A stretch of 36,240 nt of DNA from Alphaproteobacteria bacterium. GTDB taxonomy: Bacteria > Pseudomonadota > Alphaproteobacteria > UBA7887. A program made the position numbers and the translations under genes. A model generated the notes under the pieces. The model searched no databases and was not told where the DNA came from. It saw only the letters and a program-made list of their open reading frames with translations. The stretch spans positions 1 through 36,240 of the forward strand of contig JANQOH010000149.1 of NCBI GenBank assembly GCA_028289725.1, written 5' to 3'. How positions within the stretch are numbered: position 1 is the stretch's first letter; each line of letters starts with the position of its first letter. This document shows positions 8,513 to 18,479 of this stretch, one piece after another.

Positions 8513-8974
8513 ATGCGGTGCCCGTTTTGCGGCGATAGCGATACTCAGGTCAAGGACTCACGGCCGACCGAGGACAATACGGCGATCCGCCGCCGCCGCT
8601 ATTGCCAGGCGTGTGGCTCGCGCTTCACGACGTTTGAACGCGTGCAATTGCGCGAACTGACGGTGTTGAAAAAGGACGGCACGCGCGTGCCGTTCGACCG
8701 CGAGAAACTGGCGCGATCCATCGAAATTGCTGTCCGCAAGCGCCCTGTTGAAGCCGAAAGGGTTGAACGCGCGGTCAGCAGCATCGTCCGCCAATTGGAG
8801 AGTTCCGGTGAGTCGGAGATCGAATCTTCGATGATCGGCGGCTTGGTGATGGCCGCACTGGAGGCCTTGGATCAAGTCGCCTATGTGCGATTTGCGTCGG
8901 TCTACCGGAATTTCCATGAGGCCAAGGATTTTGAAGATTTCATCGGGAGCCTTTCCCGTGGCAAGGACGAATGA
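8513..8974 (+). CDS. nrdR: Transcriptional repressor NrdR
   Basis: MRCPFCG...[13 protein letters not shown] zinc ribbon followed by an ATP-cone. Standard glyA-nrdR-ribD position. Confidence 0.93.
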   Translation: MRCPFCGDSDTQVKDSRPTEDNTAIRRRRYCQACGSRFTTFERVQLRELTVLKKDGTRVPFDREKLARSIEIAVRKRPVEAERVERAVSSIVRQLESSGESEIESSMIGGLVMAALEALDQVAYVRFASVYRNFHEAKDFEDFIGSLSRGKDE

Positions 8975-10079
8975 TCTGGGCTGCTGGGACGTCCGATGGA
9001 TGCGCGTTGCGCTGGTTTTGGCGGCGCGCGGGTTGGGCAACGTGTGGCCCAATCCGGCCGTCGGTTGCGTGGTCGTCAAAGACGGCAAGGTTGTCGGACG
9101 CGGCTGGACCCAAGCAGGGGGTCGTCCGCACGCTGAGACGGAAGCTTTAGGGCGCGCCGGCGATCTGGCAAAAGGCGCGACGGCCTATGTCAGTCTCGAA
9201 CCTTGTGATCACCACGGCGTCACGCCGCCTTGTACGGAGGCTTTAATTGCGGCCGGCATTGCCCGATGCGTGATCGCGACACGCGATCCGGACCCGCGGG
9301 TGTCGGGAAGCGGAATCAAACGGCTTCGTGACGCCGGCATATCGGTCGAAGAAGGCGTGCTCCTCTCGGAGGCCGACGCACTCAACGCCGGCTATCTCAA
9401 GCGCGTTGGCGAGCGGCGGCCGCTCATTACTTGGAAGGTCGCGAGTTCGTTGGATGGGCGGATCGCGACGGGCGGCGGTCACAGTCAGTGGATTACGGGC
9501 GAGCCGGCCCGGCGGCGTGCGCATTTGCTGCGTGCCGAACATGACGCGGTGTTGATTGGGTCACACACGGCCAGCGTCGACCGGCCGCGACTGACCTGCC
9601 GGCTCAAGGGCTTAGAGCAGCGATCACCGGTTCGCATTGTGGCGGATAGCCGTTTGCAAGTGCCGTTAACGGATCCATTGGTCGCGGATGCCAAGTCCCA
9701 GCCGACGTGGCTGCTGACGCTGGCGGACGCGGACAAGACGCGCAAGGACGCTTATCGGGAGAGCGGCGTGGACGTCATCGATGTTCCCGCCGACGAAAAC
9801 GGGCGGCTCGAAATGACCGCTGCGATGATCGAACTCGGCGGTCGCGGATTGACGCGTCTGATGGTGGAAGGCGGGGGTCGGATCGCCGCCAGTTTACTGG
9901 CGGCGGGCCTCATTGACCGGATCGAATGGTTTCGGGCGCCGTCGGTGATCGGCGGTGATGGGATCAGCGCCGCTGCGGCGTTGGGGCTGGATCGGGTCGA
10001 CCGGGCCCCCCGTTTTGAGCGCGTGGACAGCGTGTCCCTGGGTGAGGATGTGCTGGAAAGCTACGTCGCCCTGGCCTAA
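8958..10079 (+). CDS. ribD: Bifunctional riboflavin biosynthesis protein RibD (pyrimidine deaminase / uracil reductase)
   Basis: [33 protein letters not shown] and [13 protein letters not shown] deaminase motifs, with a C-terminal reductase domain. The start is uncertain: GTG 8958 (overlaps the nrdR end) or ATG 9000. Confidence 0.9.
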   Translation: MARTNDLGCWDVRWMRVALVLAARGLGNVWPNPAVGCVVVKDGKVVGRGWTQAGGRPHAETEALGRAGDLAKGATAYVSLEPCDHHGVTPPCTEALIAAGIARCVIATRDPDPRVSGSGIKRLRDAGISVEEGVLLSEADALNAGYLKRVGERRPLITWKVASSLDGRIATGGGHSQWITGEPARRRAHLLRAEHDAVLIGSHTASVDRPRLTCRLKGLEQRSPVRIVADSRLQVPLTDPLVADAKSQPTWLLTLADADKTRKDAYRESGVDVIDVPADENGRLEMTAAMIELGGRGLTRLMVEGGGRIAASLLAAGLIDRIEWFRAPSVIGGDGISAAAALGLDRVDRAPRFERVDSVSLGEDVLESYVALA

Positions 10080-10088
10080 TAAGGCGGT

Positions 10089-10697
10089 ATGTTTACCGGA
10101 ATTGTGACGGATATCGGCCGGATTCGAGCGATCGAGCGGCGCGGGGACATGCGCTACGAAATCGAGACAGCGTATGATACGGGGTCGATTGCGCTTGGCG
10201 CGTCAATCGCCTGCGCCGGGGCGTGTCTGACTGTCGTGGAGGCCGCCGAGCAGTCGTTCATGGTTGACGCATCGGCGGAAACCTTGGCCAAGACGTCGCT
10301 CGATGTCTGGCAGGAGGGCACGCGTATCAATTTGGAACGCGCGCTTGAGGTTGGCGATGAGATCGGCGGTCATTTGGTGAGCGGCCATGTCGACGGTACG
10401 ACGGAAATACTGGATCAATCCCCGTCCGGAGACTCCATCGTGATGACTTTCGCGCTCGATTCCTGGCTGGCGCCATATGTCGCGCCAAAGGGTTCGATCG
10501 CGCTCGACGGCGTGTCACTGACGGTCAATGACGTCGGCGACGACCGGTTCGACGTGAACATCATTGCGCACACGCAATCCGAAACCACGTTTGGGAAGGC
10601 GATGGTCGGCCAAAAGGTAAATGTCGAAATCGACATGCTGGCACGCTATGTCAGGCGTGCATTGGCTTATACCGGCAAATCCGAAGGATGCGCGTGA
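10089..10697 (+). CDS. ribE: Riboflavin synthase (alpha chain)
   Basis: MFTGIVTDIGRI N-terminus and a duplicated lumazine-binding barrel (GASIACAGACLTV / GSIALDGVSLTV). Confidence 0.92.
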   Translation: MFTGIVTDIGRIRAIERRGDMRYEIETAYDTGSIALGASIACAGACLTVVEAAEQSFMVDASAETLAKTSLDVWQEGTRINLERALEVGDEIGGHLVSGHVDGTTEILDQSPSGDSIVMTFALDSWLAPYVAPKGSIALDGVSLTVNDVGDDRFDVNIIAHTQSETTFGKAMVGQKVNVEIDMLARYVRRALAYTGKSEGCA

Positions 10698-11824
10698 TGG
10701 CGGAACCTATGCCCACCCACGGCGGACAAGGTGTCTTCGCGTCGATCGAAGCCATTATCGAGGAAGCGCGCCAGGGACGGATGTTCGTTCTCGTCGACGA
10801 CGAAAAGCGAGAGAACGAAGGTGACTTGGTTATTCCAGCGCGATGGGCGACGCCCGAGATCGTCAATTTCATGGCTCGCAACGGCCGCGGACTGATTTGC
10901 TTGGCGCTCACGGCCGAGCGCGCGCAAGCGCTGAATTTGGAACCGATGCAACGCCGCAACGCCGCCAGTTTCGGAACCGCCTTCACAGTGTCCATTGAGG
11001 CGAAGGAGGGGATTACCACCGGCATTTCCGCGGCCGATCGCGCCCAGACCATCCGCACCGCCTTGGACCCGGCGAGTACGGCCGACGATATCGCGACGCC
11101 CGGCCACGTCTTCCCGATCGTCGCGCGCGACGGCGGCGTTTTGGTCCGGGCCGGCCATACGGAGGCCGCGGTCGATATCGCAAGGTTGGCGGGCCTCGAG
11201 CCCGCAGGCGTCATTTGCGAGGTGATGAACGAAGACGGGACCATGGCGCGCCGCGCCGATCTCATCGAATACTGCCGCGAGCATGAATTGAAGATCGGCA
11301 CAATCGCCGACTTGATCGCGTACCGCCGCCGCAAGGACCGGCTGATTGAGCGCAAGCTGGAAACGGAAATCGAAACCGGTCACGCCGGCGCGTTCAAGCT
11401 GGTGCTCTACGACGACACAACCGACGGCACCGAACACATCGCCTTGCTGAAAGGTGACACCGCCACGGAAGATCCGGTCTTGGTTCGGGTCCATCGCCTC
11501 AATTTGTTGGCCGATGTTTTGGGGGATCACTCAGATGGCCGCGACGGGGAGTTGCGCGACGCGATGCGGGCCATAGACGAAGCCGGGCGTGGCGTTGTCG
11601 TGTTGATCGGGGAATCGCGACATAACGCGGTTGCGGCTCAGCTTTCCGGCGGCGCGACGGCCGAGGGCGGCGCGCTGCGCGAGGTCGGCATCGGGTCCCA
11701 AATTCTGCTCGACCTAGGCGTTCAAACCATGACTTTGCTGAGCAACAGCGAACACGCCTATGTCGGCCTCGACGGCTTTGGCTTGCGCGTGGTCGGCCGT
11801 CGGTCGATCAGTCGGGGGGGCTAG
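10688..11824 (+). CDS. ribBA: 3,4-dihydroxy-2-butanone-4-phosphate synthase fused to a degenerate GTP cyclohydrolase II-like domain (RibBA/RibBX type)
   Basis: N-terminal DHBP synthase motifs (VDDEKRENEGDLV, RAGHTEAAVDIARLAG). The C-terminal GCHII-like half lacks the Cys ligands (VRVHRLNLLADVLGDHSDGRDG). It overlaps the ribE stop by 10 nt. Confidence 0.9.
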   Translation: MRVMAEPMPTHGGQGVFASIEAIIEEARQGRMFVLVDDEKRENEGDLVIPARWATPEIVNFMARNGRGLICLALTAERAQALNLEPMQRRNAASFGTAFTVSIEAKEGITTGISAADRAQTIRTALDPASTADDIATPGHVFPIVARDGGVLVRAGHTEAAVDIARLAGLEPAGVICEVMNEDGTMARRADLIEYCREHELKIGTIADLIAYRRRKDRLIERKLETEIETGHAGAFKLVLYDDTTDGTEHIALLKGDTATEDPVLVRVHRLNLLADVLGDHSDGRDGELRDAMRAIDEAGRGVVVLIGESRHNAVAAQLSGGATAEGGALREVGIGSQILLDLGVQTMTLLSNSEHAYVGLDGFGLRVVGRRSISRGG

Positions 11825-11825
11825 C

Positions 11826-12269
11826 GTGTCCGATGCCGCCCCCCATGTCTTGCTGGTCGTCGGTCGCTTCTATGACGACATTGCGGACGCGCTGGTCTCC
11901 GGCGCCGAAGCCGCGCTTCGCGAGGCCGGGGCGACATGGGACACGGTGGAGGTGCCCGGGGCGTTCGAAATCCCGGCCGCCATCGCATTTGCCGAGCGCG
12001 CGGAGAAATATGACGGCTATACCGCTTTGGGCTGTGTGATCCGGGGCGAGACGACCCATTACGACTATGTTTGCGGCGAAAGTGCGCGTGGGCTCAACAA
12101 TTTAGCGATCGAACATCGGGTGGCGATCGGGTATGGGGTGCTGACAACCGAGACACGGGACCAGGCTTGGGCCCGCGCCGCGGTCGACCAGGGCAATAAA
12201 GGGGCCTTCGCGGCGCAAGCCTGTTTGACGATGGTCTCTATCAAGCGAAGATTCCGGGAAGCGCAGTGA
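11826..12269 (+). CDS. ribH: 6,7-dimethyl-8-ribityllumazine synthase
   Basis: GTG at 11826 lies 2 nt after the ribBA stop. Motifs VPGAFEIP and GCVIRGETTHYDYV. Confidence 0.9.
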   Translation: MSDAAPHVLLVVGRFYDDIADALVSGAEAALREAGATWDTVEVPGAFEIPAAIAFAERAEKYDGYTALGCVIRGETTHYDYVCGESARGLNNLAIEHRVAIGYGVLTTETRDQAWARAAVDQGNKGAFAAQACLTMVSIKRRFREAQ

Positions 12270-12757
12270 GCACGACAGCGATGGCGGACGAAGCCGCGGC
12301 CAAGGCGAGACGAAAGGCGCGATCAGCGCGCCGTCACGCGCGCCTCGCCGCGGTGCAAGCGCTTTATCAGATCGACTTGGTGAAGACCGATGTAAGTCAA
12401 GCGATTGATGAAATCGTCTCGCGCGAGCGACAGGACCCCCGGTTTGATCAAGAATATTTCGCGGCACTGGTTCGCGGTGCATCGGAAAAGATTGCGTATC
12501 TGGACGCGCTGGTCGGTGACACGCTCAGCGACGATTGGCCGATGGACCGGCTCTCCGTCACAATGCGCGCGCTTTTGCGTGCGGCGGCGTTCGAGCTCGA
12601 GACACAGGATGACGTGCCGAGCCGTGTCGTGATCAGCGAATATGTTGATGTCGCCCGAGGATTTTTCGACGCTGCGGAGACCGGCTTTGCCAATGGCGTG
12701 CTCGACCGATTGGCGCGCCAACTGCGTCCACAAGAATGGGCCGGCGAAGGGGAGTAA
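12266..12757 (+). CDS. nusB: Transcription antitermination factor NusB
   Basis: The GTG overlaps the ribH stop. Basic N-terminal extension, then ARLAAVQALYQIDL and the NusB fold motif NGVLD. Conserved ribH-nusB-thiL order. Confidence 0.9.
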   Translation: MSTTAMADEAAAKARRKARSARRHARLAAVQALYQIDLVKTDVSQAIDEIVSRERQDPRFDQEYFAALVRGASEKIAYLDALVGDTLSDDWPMDRLSVTMRALLRAAAFELETQDDVPSRVVISEYVDVARGFFDAAETGFANGVLDRLARQLRPQEWAGEGE

Positions 12758-12764
12758 TCCGTCG

Positions 12765-13748
12765 ATGGCCGAGCGGCCGGGCGAATTCGCTTTGATCGAG
12801 CAGTTTTTGAAGCCGCTCGCCAAGACCTGCCCAGGAGCGCTCTCGCTGGCCGATGATGCGGCGGTTCTGCAGACTTCTCCCGACCAAGATCTGGTCGTGA
12901 CAAAGGATGCCCTGGTCGCCGGCGTCCACTTTCTGGAGCGTGAGGACCCCGGCGTCGTTGCCGCCCGTGCCTTGCGGGTCAATCTGAGCGATCTCGCGGC
13001 GATGGGCGCATCGCCGAAAGCCTATTTCATGGCGCTCGCACTCCCGCAGGCCATCGATGCCGATTGGCTGGCCGCGTTCACCGCGCAGCTTGCATCGGAT
13101 CAAGACACATATGACATCGCGCTCGCGGGCGGCGACACGGTGGCGACGCCGGGCCCGCTGATCGTATCGATCACGGCTGTCGGCACGGTGCCCACTGGAC
13201 AAGCCTTGACCCGAAAGGGTGCAAATGTCGGTGACCGCCTGTTCGTCTCCGGCATGATCGGCGATGCCGGGTACGGTTTGGCGATCCTCAAAGGTGAAGT
13301 GCCCGATGCGACCGAGGCGCAGGCGCGCGCCGCGATTGCCCGGCATCGCTATCCCGAGCCGCGGCTGGCGTTGGGAGAAGGTTTGCGCGGCGTGGCGTCG
13401 GCGGCGGTCGACATATCGGATGGCTTGATCGCCGATCTTCACCATATCTGCGCCTCTTCGGGTGTTGGCGCAGAGATCCGAACGGCGACGATTCCCACAT
13501 CCGCGGCACTTTTGGCTCAGATCGATGTGGATCCCGCTTGGCGGATGACAGCTCTAAGCGCGGGCGATGATTACGAGTTGCTGTTCGCCGTACCGCCTGG
13601 TCGAACGACAGAAGCGACAGCCGCCGCGTCAATCGCGGGCGTCGAAGTGACGGAAATCGGGATGATTACAGAATCCAAAGACATCGTGGTACTTTCGCCC
13701 GAGAACGAACCGCTGCCGATCGGCAAAGGTGGGTACGTCCATTTCTGA
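12765..13748 (+). CDS. thiL: Thiamine-monophosphate kinase
   Basis: GEFALIEQFLKPL..., DDAAVL, DALVAGVHF, NLSDLAAMGA and GGDT are AIR-synthase-fold ThiL motifs. ATG at 12765. Confidence 0.9.
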   Translation: MAERPGEFALIEQFLKPLAKTCPGALSLADDAAVLQTSPDQDLVVTKDALVAGVHFLEREDPGVVAARALRVNLSDLAAMGASPKAYFMALALPQAIDADWLAAFTAQLASDQDTYDIALAGGDTVATPGPLIVSITAVGTVPTGQALTRKGANVGDRLFVSGMIGDAGYGLAILKGEVPDATEAQARAAIARHRYPEPRLALGEGLRGVASAAVDISDGLIADLHHICASSGVGAEIRTATIPTSAALLAQIDVDPAWRMTALSAGDDYELLFAVPPGRTTEATAAASIAGVEVTEIGMITESKDIVVLSPENEPLPIGKGGYVHF

Positions 13749-13911
13749 GCAATGTGCATCCATTTCGGCGTTGATTTTGCCACCAGGGATTGCCCGATTG
13801 CTTTCTGCATACGCGTCTGGCATTTTCCCGGCCGCTTGACGCCGGCGCTCGGGGAGGCATCGGCGATTCTTCCGAAAAGGTCCAACTGACAAGGCAAGGG
13901 GACACCCGTTC

Positions 13912-16005
13912 ATGTCTAATCCGTTGTTGTTCGCACTGTTGTGCGGCTTGGCCGCGGTCGTCTACGGCATTTACACGCGGTCGCGTGTGATGGCGGCGCC
14001 CGCCGGCAACGAACGCATGCAGGAGATCGCTGGGGCGATTCAGGAGGGCGCGCGCGCCTACCTCAATCGGCAATACACGACCATTGCCATCGTGGGATTG
14101 GTCGTTGGCGCAATCCTGTGGTGGCTGCTTGGCTTAACGCTCGCGATCGGTTTTGAGATCGGCGCCGTCCTTTCCGGGGCCGCCGCCTATATCGGCATGT
14201 ACATTTCGGTGAGCGCCAATGTCCGCACCGCGGATGCCGCGCAGCGGAGCCTCGACGAAGCGCTCGGCATTGCCTTCAAGTCTGGCGCGATCACCGGCAT
14301 GTTGGTGGTGGGCCTCGGCCTGCTCGGTGTTGCCGGCTATTACGCCTACATGCTGACGGCTGTCGGTGGTACCGACGCCGATTCGCTGCGTGAAATTCTG
14401 GAGGCGCTGGTTGCTCTTAGTTTTGGCGCGTCGTTGATTTCGATTTTTGCGCGTCTCGGCGGCGGGATCTTCACCAAGGGCGCCGATGTGGGCGCCGACT
14501 TAGTCGGCAAGATCGAAGCCGGGATCCCCGAAGACGATCCCCGCAATGCCGCCGTGATCGCGGATAACGTTGGCGACAATGTTGGCGATTGTGCCGGCAT
14601 GGCGGCGGACTTGTTTGAGACCTATGCCGTGACCGTCGTTGCCACGATGCTTCTTGCGGCAATTCTATTCACGGGCATGGACCAGGCGACCTTCATGCAA
14701 TTCCCGCTGGTCATCGGCGGTGTATGCATTCTCGCTTCGGTCGCGGGCACCTTCTTGGTCAAGGTTGGGTCGAGCCAAAACATCATGGCTGCGCTTTACA
14801 AGGGTTTGATCGCGGCCGCGGTTATATCGGCGATACTGATTGCCGCTGTGATCGGTATCTGGCTCGGCTTCGGCACAGAATTCCAAATGACCGATCGGAC
14901 CGTGACAGGCATGGATCTGTTCATTTGCACGCTGGTCGGGCTCGCGGTGACCGGGCTTCTGGTCTGGATTACGGAATACTACACCTCGACGGAATTCCGG
15001 CCGGTGAAGAGCGTGGCCAAGGCGTCCGAAACGGGACACGCGACCAACATCATTCAAGGCCTGGCGGTCTCGATGGAAGCGACGGCGCTTCCGGTCGTGG
15101 TGATTTCCGCGGGTATTATCGTCGCGTTCTATGCGGCGGGGCTGTTCGGCCTGGCGATCGCCGCGACCACGATGTTGGCCTTGGCCGGATTTGTCGTCGC
15201 GCTCGACGCCTACGGTCCGGTGACCGACAATGCGGGCGGCGTCGCGGAGATGGCGGAACTGCCTGAGGACGTGCGGAAAACCACCGACGCGCTCGACGCC
15301 GTTGGCAACACCACAAAAGCGGTGACCAAGGGCTATGCGATCGGGTCCGCGGCTTTGGCGGCTCTGGTGCTGTTTGCCGCTTATACCGAAGATCTGCATC
15401 ACTATTTCCCGAACGTCGAAGTCGAGTTCCGCTTGCAAGACCCATTCGTTGTGATCGGCTTGTTTATCGGCGGTTTGCTGCCATTCCTGTTCGGCGCGCT
15501 TGGCATGATGGCGGTGGGTCGCGCAGGCGGTGCGGTCGTGATCGAAGTGCGGCGGCAGTTCAAAGAGATCCCGGGCATCATGGAAGGCACCGCGAAGCCC
15601 GAATACGGCCGGGCCGTTGATCTTCTGACCAAGGCGGCGATCAAGGAGATGATCGTGCCGTCGATGTTGCCGGTGTTGGCCCCGGTGGTCGTCTATTTCG
15701 TCATCAGCTGGATCGCTGGCCAAGCGGCGGCCTTCACGACGGTGGGTGCCATGTTGCTCGGCACGATCGTGACCGGCTTGTTTGTCGCGATCTCGATGAC
15801 CTCGGGCGGTGGCGCGTGGGACAACGCCAAAAAATATATCGAGGACGGCCAGCATGGCGGCAAAGGCTCCGAGGCCCATAAAGCCGCGGTGACCGGCGAT
15901 ACCGTCGGCGATCCGTACAAGGATACGGCGGGACCGGCGGTCAATCCGATGATTAAGATCACCAACATTATGGCGATCCTGTTGCTTGCCATGTTGGCGG
16001 CCTGA
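13912..16005 (+). CDS. hppA: Membrane-bound proton-translocating pyrophosphatase (K+-independent type)
   Basis: 697-aa polytopic protein. Motifs are [55 protein letters not shown] (Lys at the K+-dependence determinant) and [15 protein letters not shown]. Confidence 0.95.
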   Translation: MSNPLLFALLCGLAAVVYGIYTRSRVMAAPAGNERMQEIAGAIQEGARAYLNRQYTTIAIVGLVVGAILWWLLGLTLAIGFEIGAVLSGAAAYIGMYISVSANVRTADAAQRSLDEALGIAFKSGAITGMLVVGLGLLGVAGYYAYMLTAVGGTDADSLREILEALVALSFGASLISIFARLGGGIFTKGADVGADLVGKIEAGIPEDDPRNAAVIADNVGDNVGDCAGMAADLFETYAVTVVATMLLAAILFTGMDQATFMQFPLVIGGVCILASVAGTFLVKVGSSQNIMAALYKGLIAAAVISAILIAAVIGIWLGFGTEFQMTDRTVTGMDLFICTLVGLAVTGLLVWITEYYTSTEFRPVKSVAKASETGHATNIIQGLAVSMEATALPVVVISAGIIVAFYAAGLFGLAIAATTMLALAGFVVALDAYGPVTDNAGGVAEMAELPEDVRKTTDALDAVGNTTKAVTKGYAIGSAALAALVLFAAYTEDLHHYFPNVEVEFRLQDPFVVIGLFIGGLLPFLFGALGMMAVGRAGGAVVIEVRRQFKEIPGIMEGTAKPEYGRAVDLLTKAAIKEMIVPSMLPVLAPVVVYFVISWIAGQAAAFTTVGAMLLGTIVTGLFVAISMTSGGGAWDNAKKYIEDGQHGGKGSEAHKAAVTGDTVGDPYKDTAGPAVNPMIKITNIMAILLLAMLAA

Positions 16006-16029
16006 CCACAAAGGCAGATACCGAAAATT

Positions 16030-16066
16030 GGGCTCCGGCCGTCCTGCGGTCGGAGCCCTTTTTCTT
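16030..16066. terminator. Rho-independent terminator of hppA, shared with the convergent beta-propeller gene
   Basis: gggctccggccg-tcctg-cggtcggagccc forms a 12-bp stem with one G-U pair. TTTTTCTT follows, and the minus-strand gene ends at 16068. Confidence 0.8.
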
Positions 16067-16067
16067 G

Positions 16068-17255
16068 TTAAGGGATGCTGCCGCCCATGGAACCCGGGTG
16101 CGCGGGCAAAGCCAGCGTTTTGCCTGTGTTGGTTACGGTTGTGCCGTCGACCTTCAAGATCGAAACCGATTTGTCGACGAAGTTCCCGACGTAGATGTAG
16201 CGGCCGTCGGCGCTAAACACGACGCCTTCGGGAAGGCCTTCGACCTCAATTTCGGCGGTGCGGCGAACCGACATGCCGTCGATCTCCAACACCACGACGC
16301 TGCCGTTTCGGTTGTAGTACCAGCTGTCTTCGGGGACGCCCGCGCTGCCTTTCAGCAAGACCGCAACGGCAATCTCGCCGGTGGGGCTGATAGCCAGGCC
16401 TTCCGGCGCGTCACCGACCACGACGCGGTCGATGACCCGCGGTGGGCTCGCGCCAAGATCAATCACGCTGACCGTGTCGATATGGCCATCTGACCGACCG
16501 CCATTGCCATTATCCGCAGTCAACGCAAGGCGCCCATTCGGCGCAATCTTCACATTGTAGGGCCATTGACCGACCGGCATGTCGAGATCGGTGTTGTAGG
16601 TGGCGCGGCCGTCGGCCAATTCGAGCACCGCGATTTTGTGCCCAGGAAACTTCGCGACCAGGGCCCGGTCCCCGTCAGGCGTTATCGCCACAGCGGCGAC
16701 TTGCTCGCCCATATCAACGGTCTGCACGAGCTGCACCGTCTTGCCTTCGATCGACAACACGCCGATCGAGTCGTCGGCCCGATGCGCCACAAGTGCCATT
16801 GTCCCATCCGAACTGATGGCCAGGCCGGATGGTTGGCGGCCGACCTCGACCGTGCCGACGACATCCGGCGGATCGAGCGTGAGATCGATCACGTTGATGC
16901 GATTGTCGGGCTCGGGCTTCCAACCGCCGTCCGTCTCAACCCAGTTCATAGCGTTTGTGACCAGCGCTAAAGTCTCGTCCGGCGTGATCGCGAGATTGGT
17001 CGGCGGGCCAAAAACCGAATTCATGATCGGCAAATCGGCGACGATCGATGGCGCTTCACGATCGCTGCCAATATCGACGATCGAGACCACGTCGTTACCG
17101 GGCGCGCGGAACACCGGACCGCTATCGCTGAAACCGACCTTGTTATCGCCGCCGACGATCATCAATTCGGCCTGCGCCGACATACCGACCATGACGAGCC
17201 CTGTGCCGAGGGCCATGCCGACAAGCGGCAGCGCGAGCGCCTTGCTTCGCATCAT
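16068..17255 (-). CDS. Exported beta-propeller repeat protein (YVTN / lactonase-like fold)
   Basis: Signal peptide MMRSKALALPLVGMALGTGLVMVGMSAQA. Repeated blades of the form LAI[ST]PDG..ALVA (LAITPDETLALV, LAISSDGTMALVA, VAITPDGDRALVA, VKIAPNGRLALTA, LAISPTGEIAV, VVFSADGRYIYVGN). GGAGG RBS. Confidence 0.75.
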   Translation of the reverse strand: MMRSKALALPLVGMALGTGLVMVGMSAQAELMIVGGDNKVGFSDSGPVFRAPGNDVVSIVDIGSDREAPSIVADLPIMNSVFGPPTNLAITPDETLALVTNAMNWVETDGGWKPEPDNRINVIDLTLDPPDVVGTVEVGRQPSGLAISSDGTMALVAHRADDSIGVLSIEGKTVQLVQTVDMGEQVAAVAITPDGDRALVAKFPGHKIAVLELADGRATYNTDLDMPVGQWPYNVKIAPNGRLALTADNGNGGRSDGHIDTVSVIDLGASPPRVIDRVVVGDAPEGLAISPTGEIAVAVLLKGSAGVPEDSWYYNRNGSVVVLEIDGMSVRRTAEIEVEGLPEGVVFSADGRYIYVGNFVDKSVSILKVDGTTVTNTGKTLALPAHPGSMGGSIP

Positions 17256-17367
17256 TCATTCCTCCCATAGAACCTGCACGAAACCGGCAGAGGAGAAAGC
17301 ATGACGCTAGAACGTGCCACCCGCAAGGCGATGGGCCCGCGAGCCAAGACATATGCTGACGTGATGA

Positions 17368-17826
17368 CTACTTGGAGAAACGGCCGATATTGCCGAACAA
17401 TTGCTGGAGGAAGGTGAGTTCCTTACCGACGGTCGGCGTCTTGCGGGATACCGGATCGACGATCAAACCATCTTCGATGGTATAGCGGTTGACGCTCGAC
17501 ACCATTTCTTGGTCGTCGAAATTGATGACGAGGACCTGTTGGTCGACGATCTCCGGCTTGAAGAACGCGAAATTTTGCGTCTTCTGGGTGATGTAGTACC
17601 AGGTGTCCTGATCGAATGTCGCGACCGTGGACGGGCTTCCGAGTATGTCCGCCACATCAAGCTTGGAGACCATGCCGGGCTCCACTTGCGCGATCAACTC
17701 GGCATTCGGCATAAAGCCGTGCGTGTCGACCCGCGGCTCGCACCCCGTCACGAAAAGGGCTGCGAGGGCAACGGCGACGAAGCTTCGCGAAAAGCCGAGC
17801 GAAATATGTTGCTTTTGACGTGTCAT
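17368..17826 (-). CDS. bamE: Outer membrane protein assembly factor BamE (SmpA/OmlA lipoprotein)
   Basis: Lipobox LFVTGC, then GFMPNAELIAQVEPGMVSKLDVADILGSPSTVATFDQDTWYY. I chose the ATG at 17826. The longer track ORF (to 18018) is an upstream extension. Confidence 0.85.
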   Translation of the reverse strand: MTRQKQHISLGFSRSFVAVALAALFVTGCEPRVDTHGFMPNAELIAQVEPGMVSKLDVADILGSPSTVATFDQDTWYYITQKTQNFAFFKPEIVDQQVLVINFDDQEMVSSVNRYTIEDGLIVDPVSRKTPTVGKELTFLQQLFGNIGRFSK

Positions 17827-17903
17827 TCTATGATCCAAAGCGAGCGGACTGTCCCACTGACAAACGCCGCGAGTCAATATCGCGATGGGGCCTAGGTAGC
17901 ACA

Positions 17904-18479
17904 TTGAACAAATATTTGGCGCGCATTCTTGGGCGAAATCGTTCGGATTCCGATGTCGATCGGGATGCGGCCTGGCGGCTCTATTTTGCTGCGGTGTCTC
18001 AGGCGCGCACGGCCGCATTCTATACGCGCTACGGCGTCGCGGATACCATCGACGGGCGCTTCGATTTGATCATATTGCACGTGATTTTATTGATCCGCCG
18101 GTTGCGCCGAGACGACGGGCGGGGGCCAGACCTCGCGCAGGCCCTTTTCGACGCAACCTTCGCCGATATGGATCGGAGCCTTCGGGAAATGGGCGTTGGC
18201 GACCTCGGCGTCGGCCGCCGGGTCAAGGCGATGGCGAAGGCGTATTTCGGGCGTGCCGAAGCTTACGACGGCGCTCTCGATGCCGGAAATCGATCGCAAC
18301 TGGTCGAGGCCCTTGATCGCAACGTGCTTGGTGGAGCGAGCGCGGAAGGCGTCGGAGGCGCCGAAGCCTTGGCCGACTATGTGCAAGACGTCGAACAGTC
18401 GCTTGCTGAGCAAAGGTCGGCCGAGTTGCAGGCCGGCAAGGTTTTGTTCGCGCCGCCGGCAAAAGCGACGCAGCCATGA
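17904..18479 (+). CDS. Ubiquinol-cytochrome c chaperone (Cbp3-like) family protein
   Basis: AVSQARTAAFYTRYGVADTIDGRFDLIILHVILLIRRL...LFDATFADMDRSLREMGVGDLGVGRRVKAMAKAYFGR matches the Ubiq_cyt_C_chap family. The start is uncertain: TTG 17904 is chosen because GTG 17820 would overlap the divergent bamE start. Confidence 0.75.
   Translation: MNKYLARILGRNRSDSDVDRDAAWRLYFAAVSQARTAAFYTRYGVADTIDGRFDLIILHVILLIRRLRRDDGRGPDLAQALFDATFADMDRSLREMGVGDLGVGRRVKAMAKAYFGRAEAYDGALDAGNRSQLVEALDRNVLGGASAEGVGGAEALADYVQDVEQSLAEQRSAELQAGKVLFAPPAKATQP

Noticed and set aside
10651-11530. Two long minus-strand ORFs (234 and 287 aa) antisense to ribBA
   Set aside because: They overlap a confidently identified gene in a conserved operon. 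Their composition is typical of GC-rich shadow frames.
12323-13445. Minus-strand ORFs of 219, 151 and 270 aa over nusB/thiL
   Set aside because: These are shadow ORFs opposite well-supported genes, with no motifs.
14665-16011. 448-aa minus-strand ORF antisense to hppA
   Set aside because: It lies entirely inside a gene with unmistakable PPase motifs. Its product is Arg/His/Asp-rich and low-complexity, which is typical of spurious antisense frames in GC-rich DNA.
16600-17304. 234-aa plus-strand ORF opposite the beta-propeller gene
   Set aside because: It is Ser/Thr/Pro-rich and low-complexity with no RBS. The minus-strand gene has a signal peptide, an RBS and repeated blade motifs.
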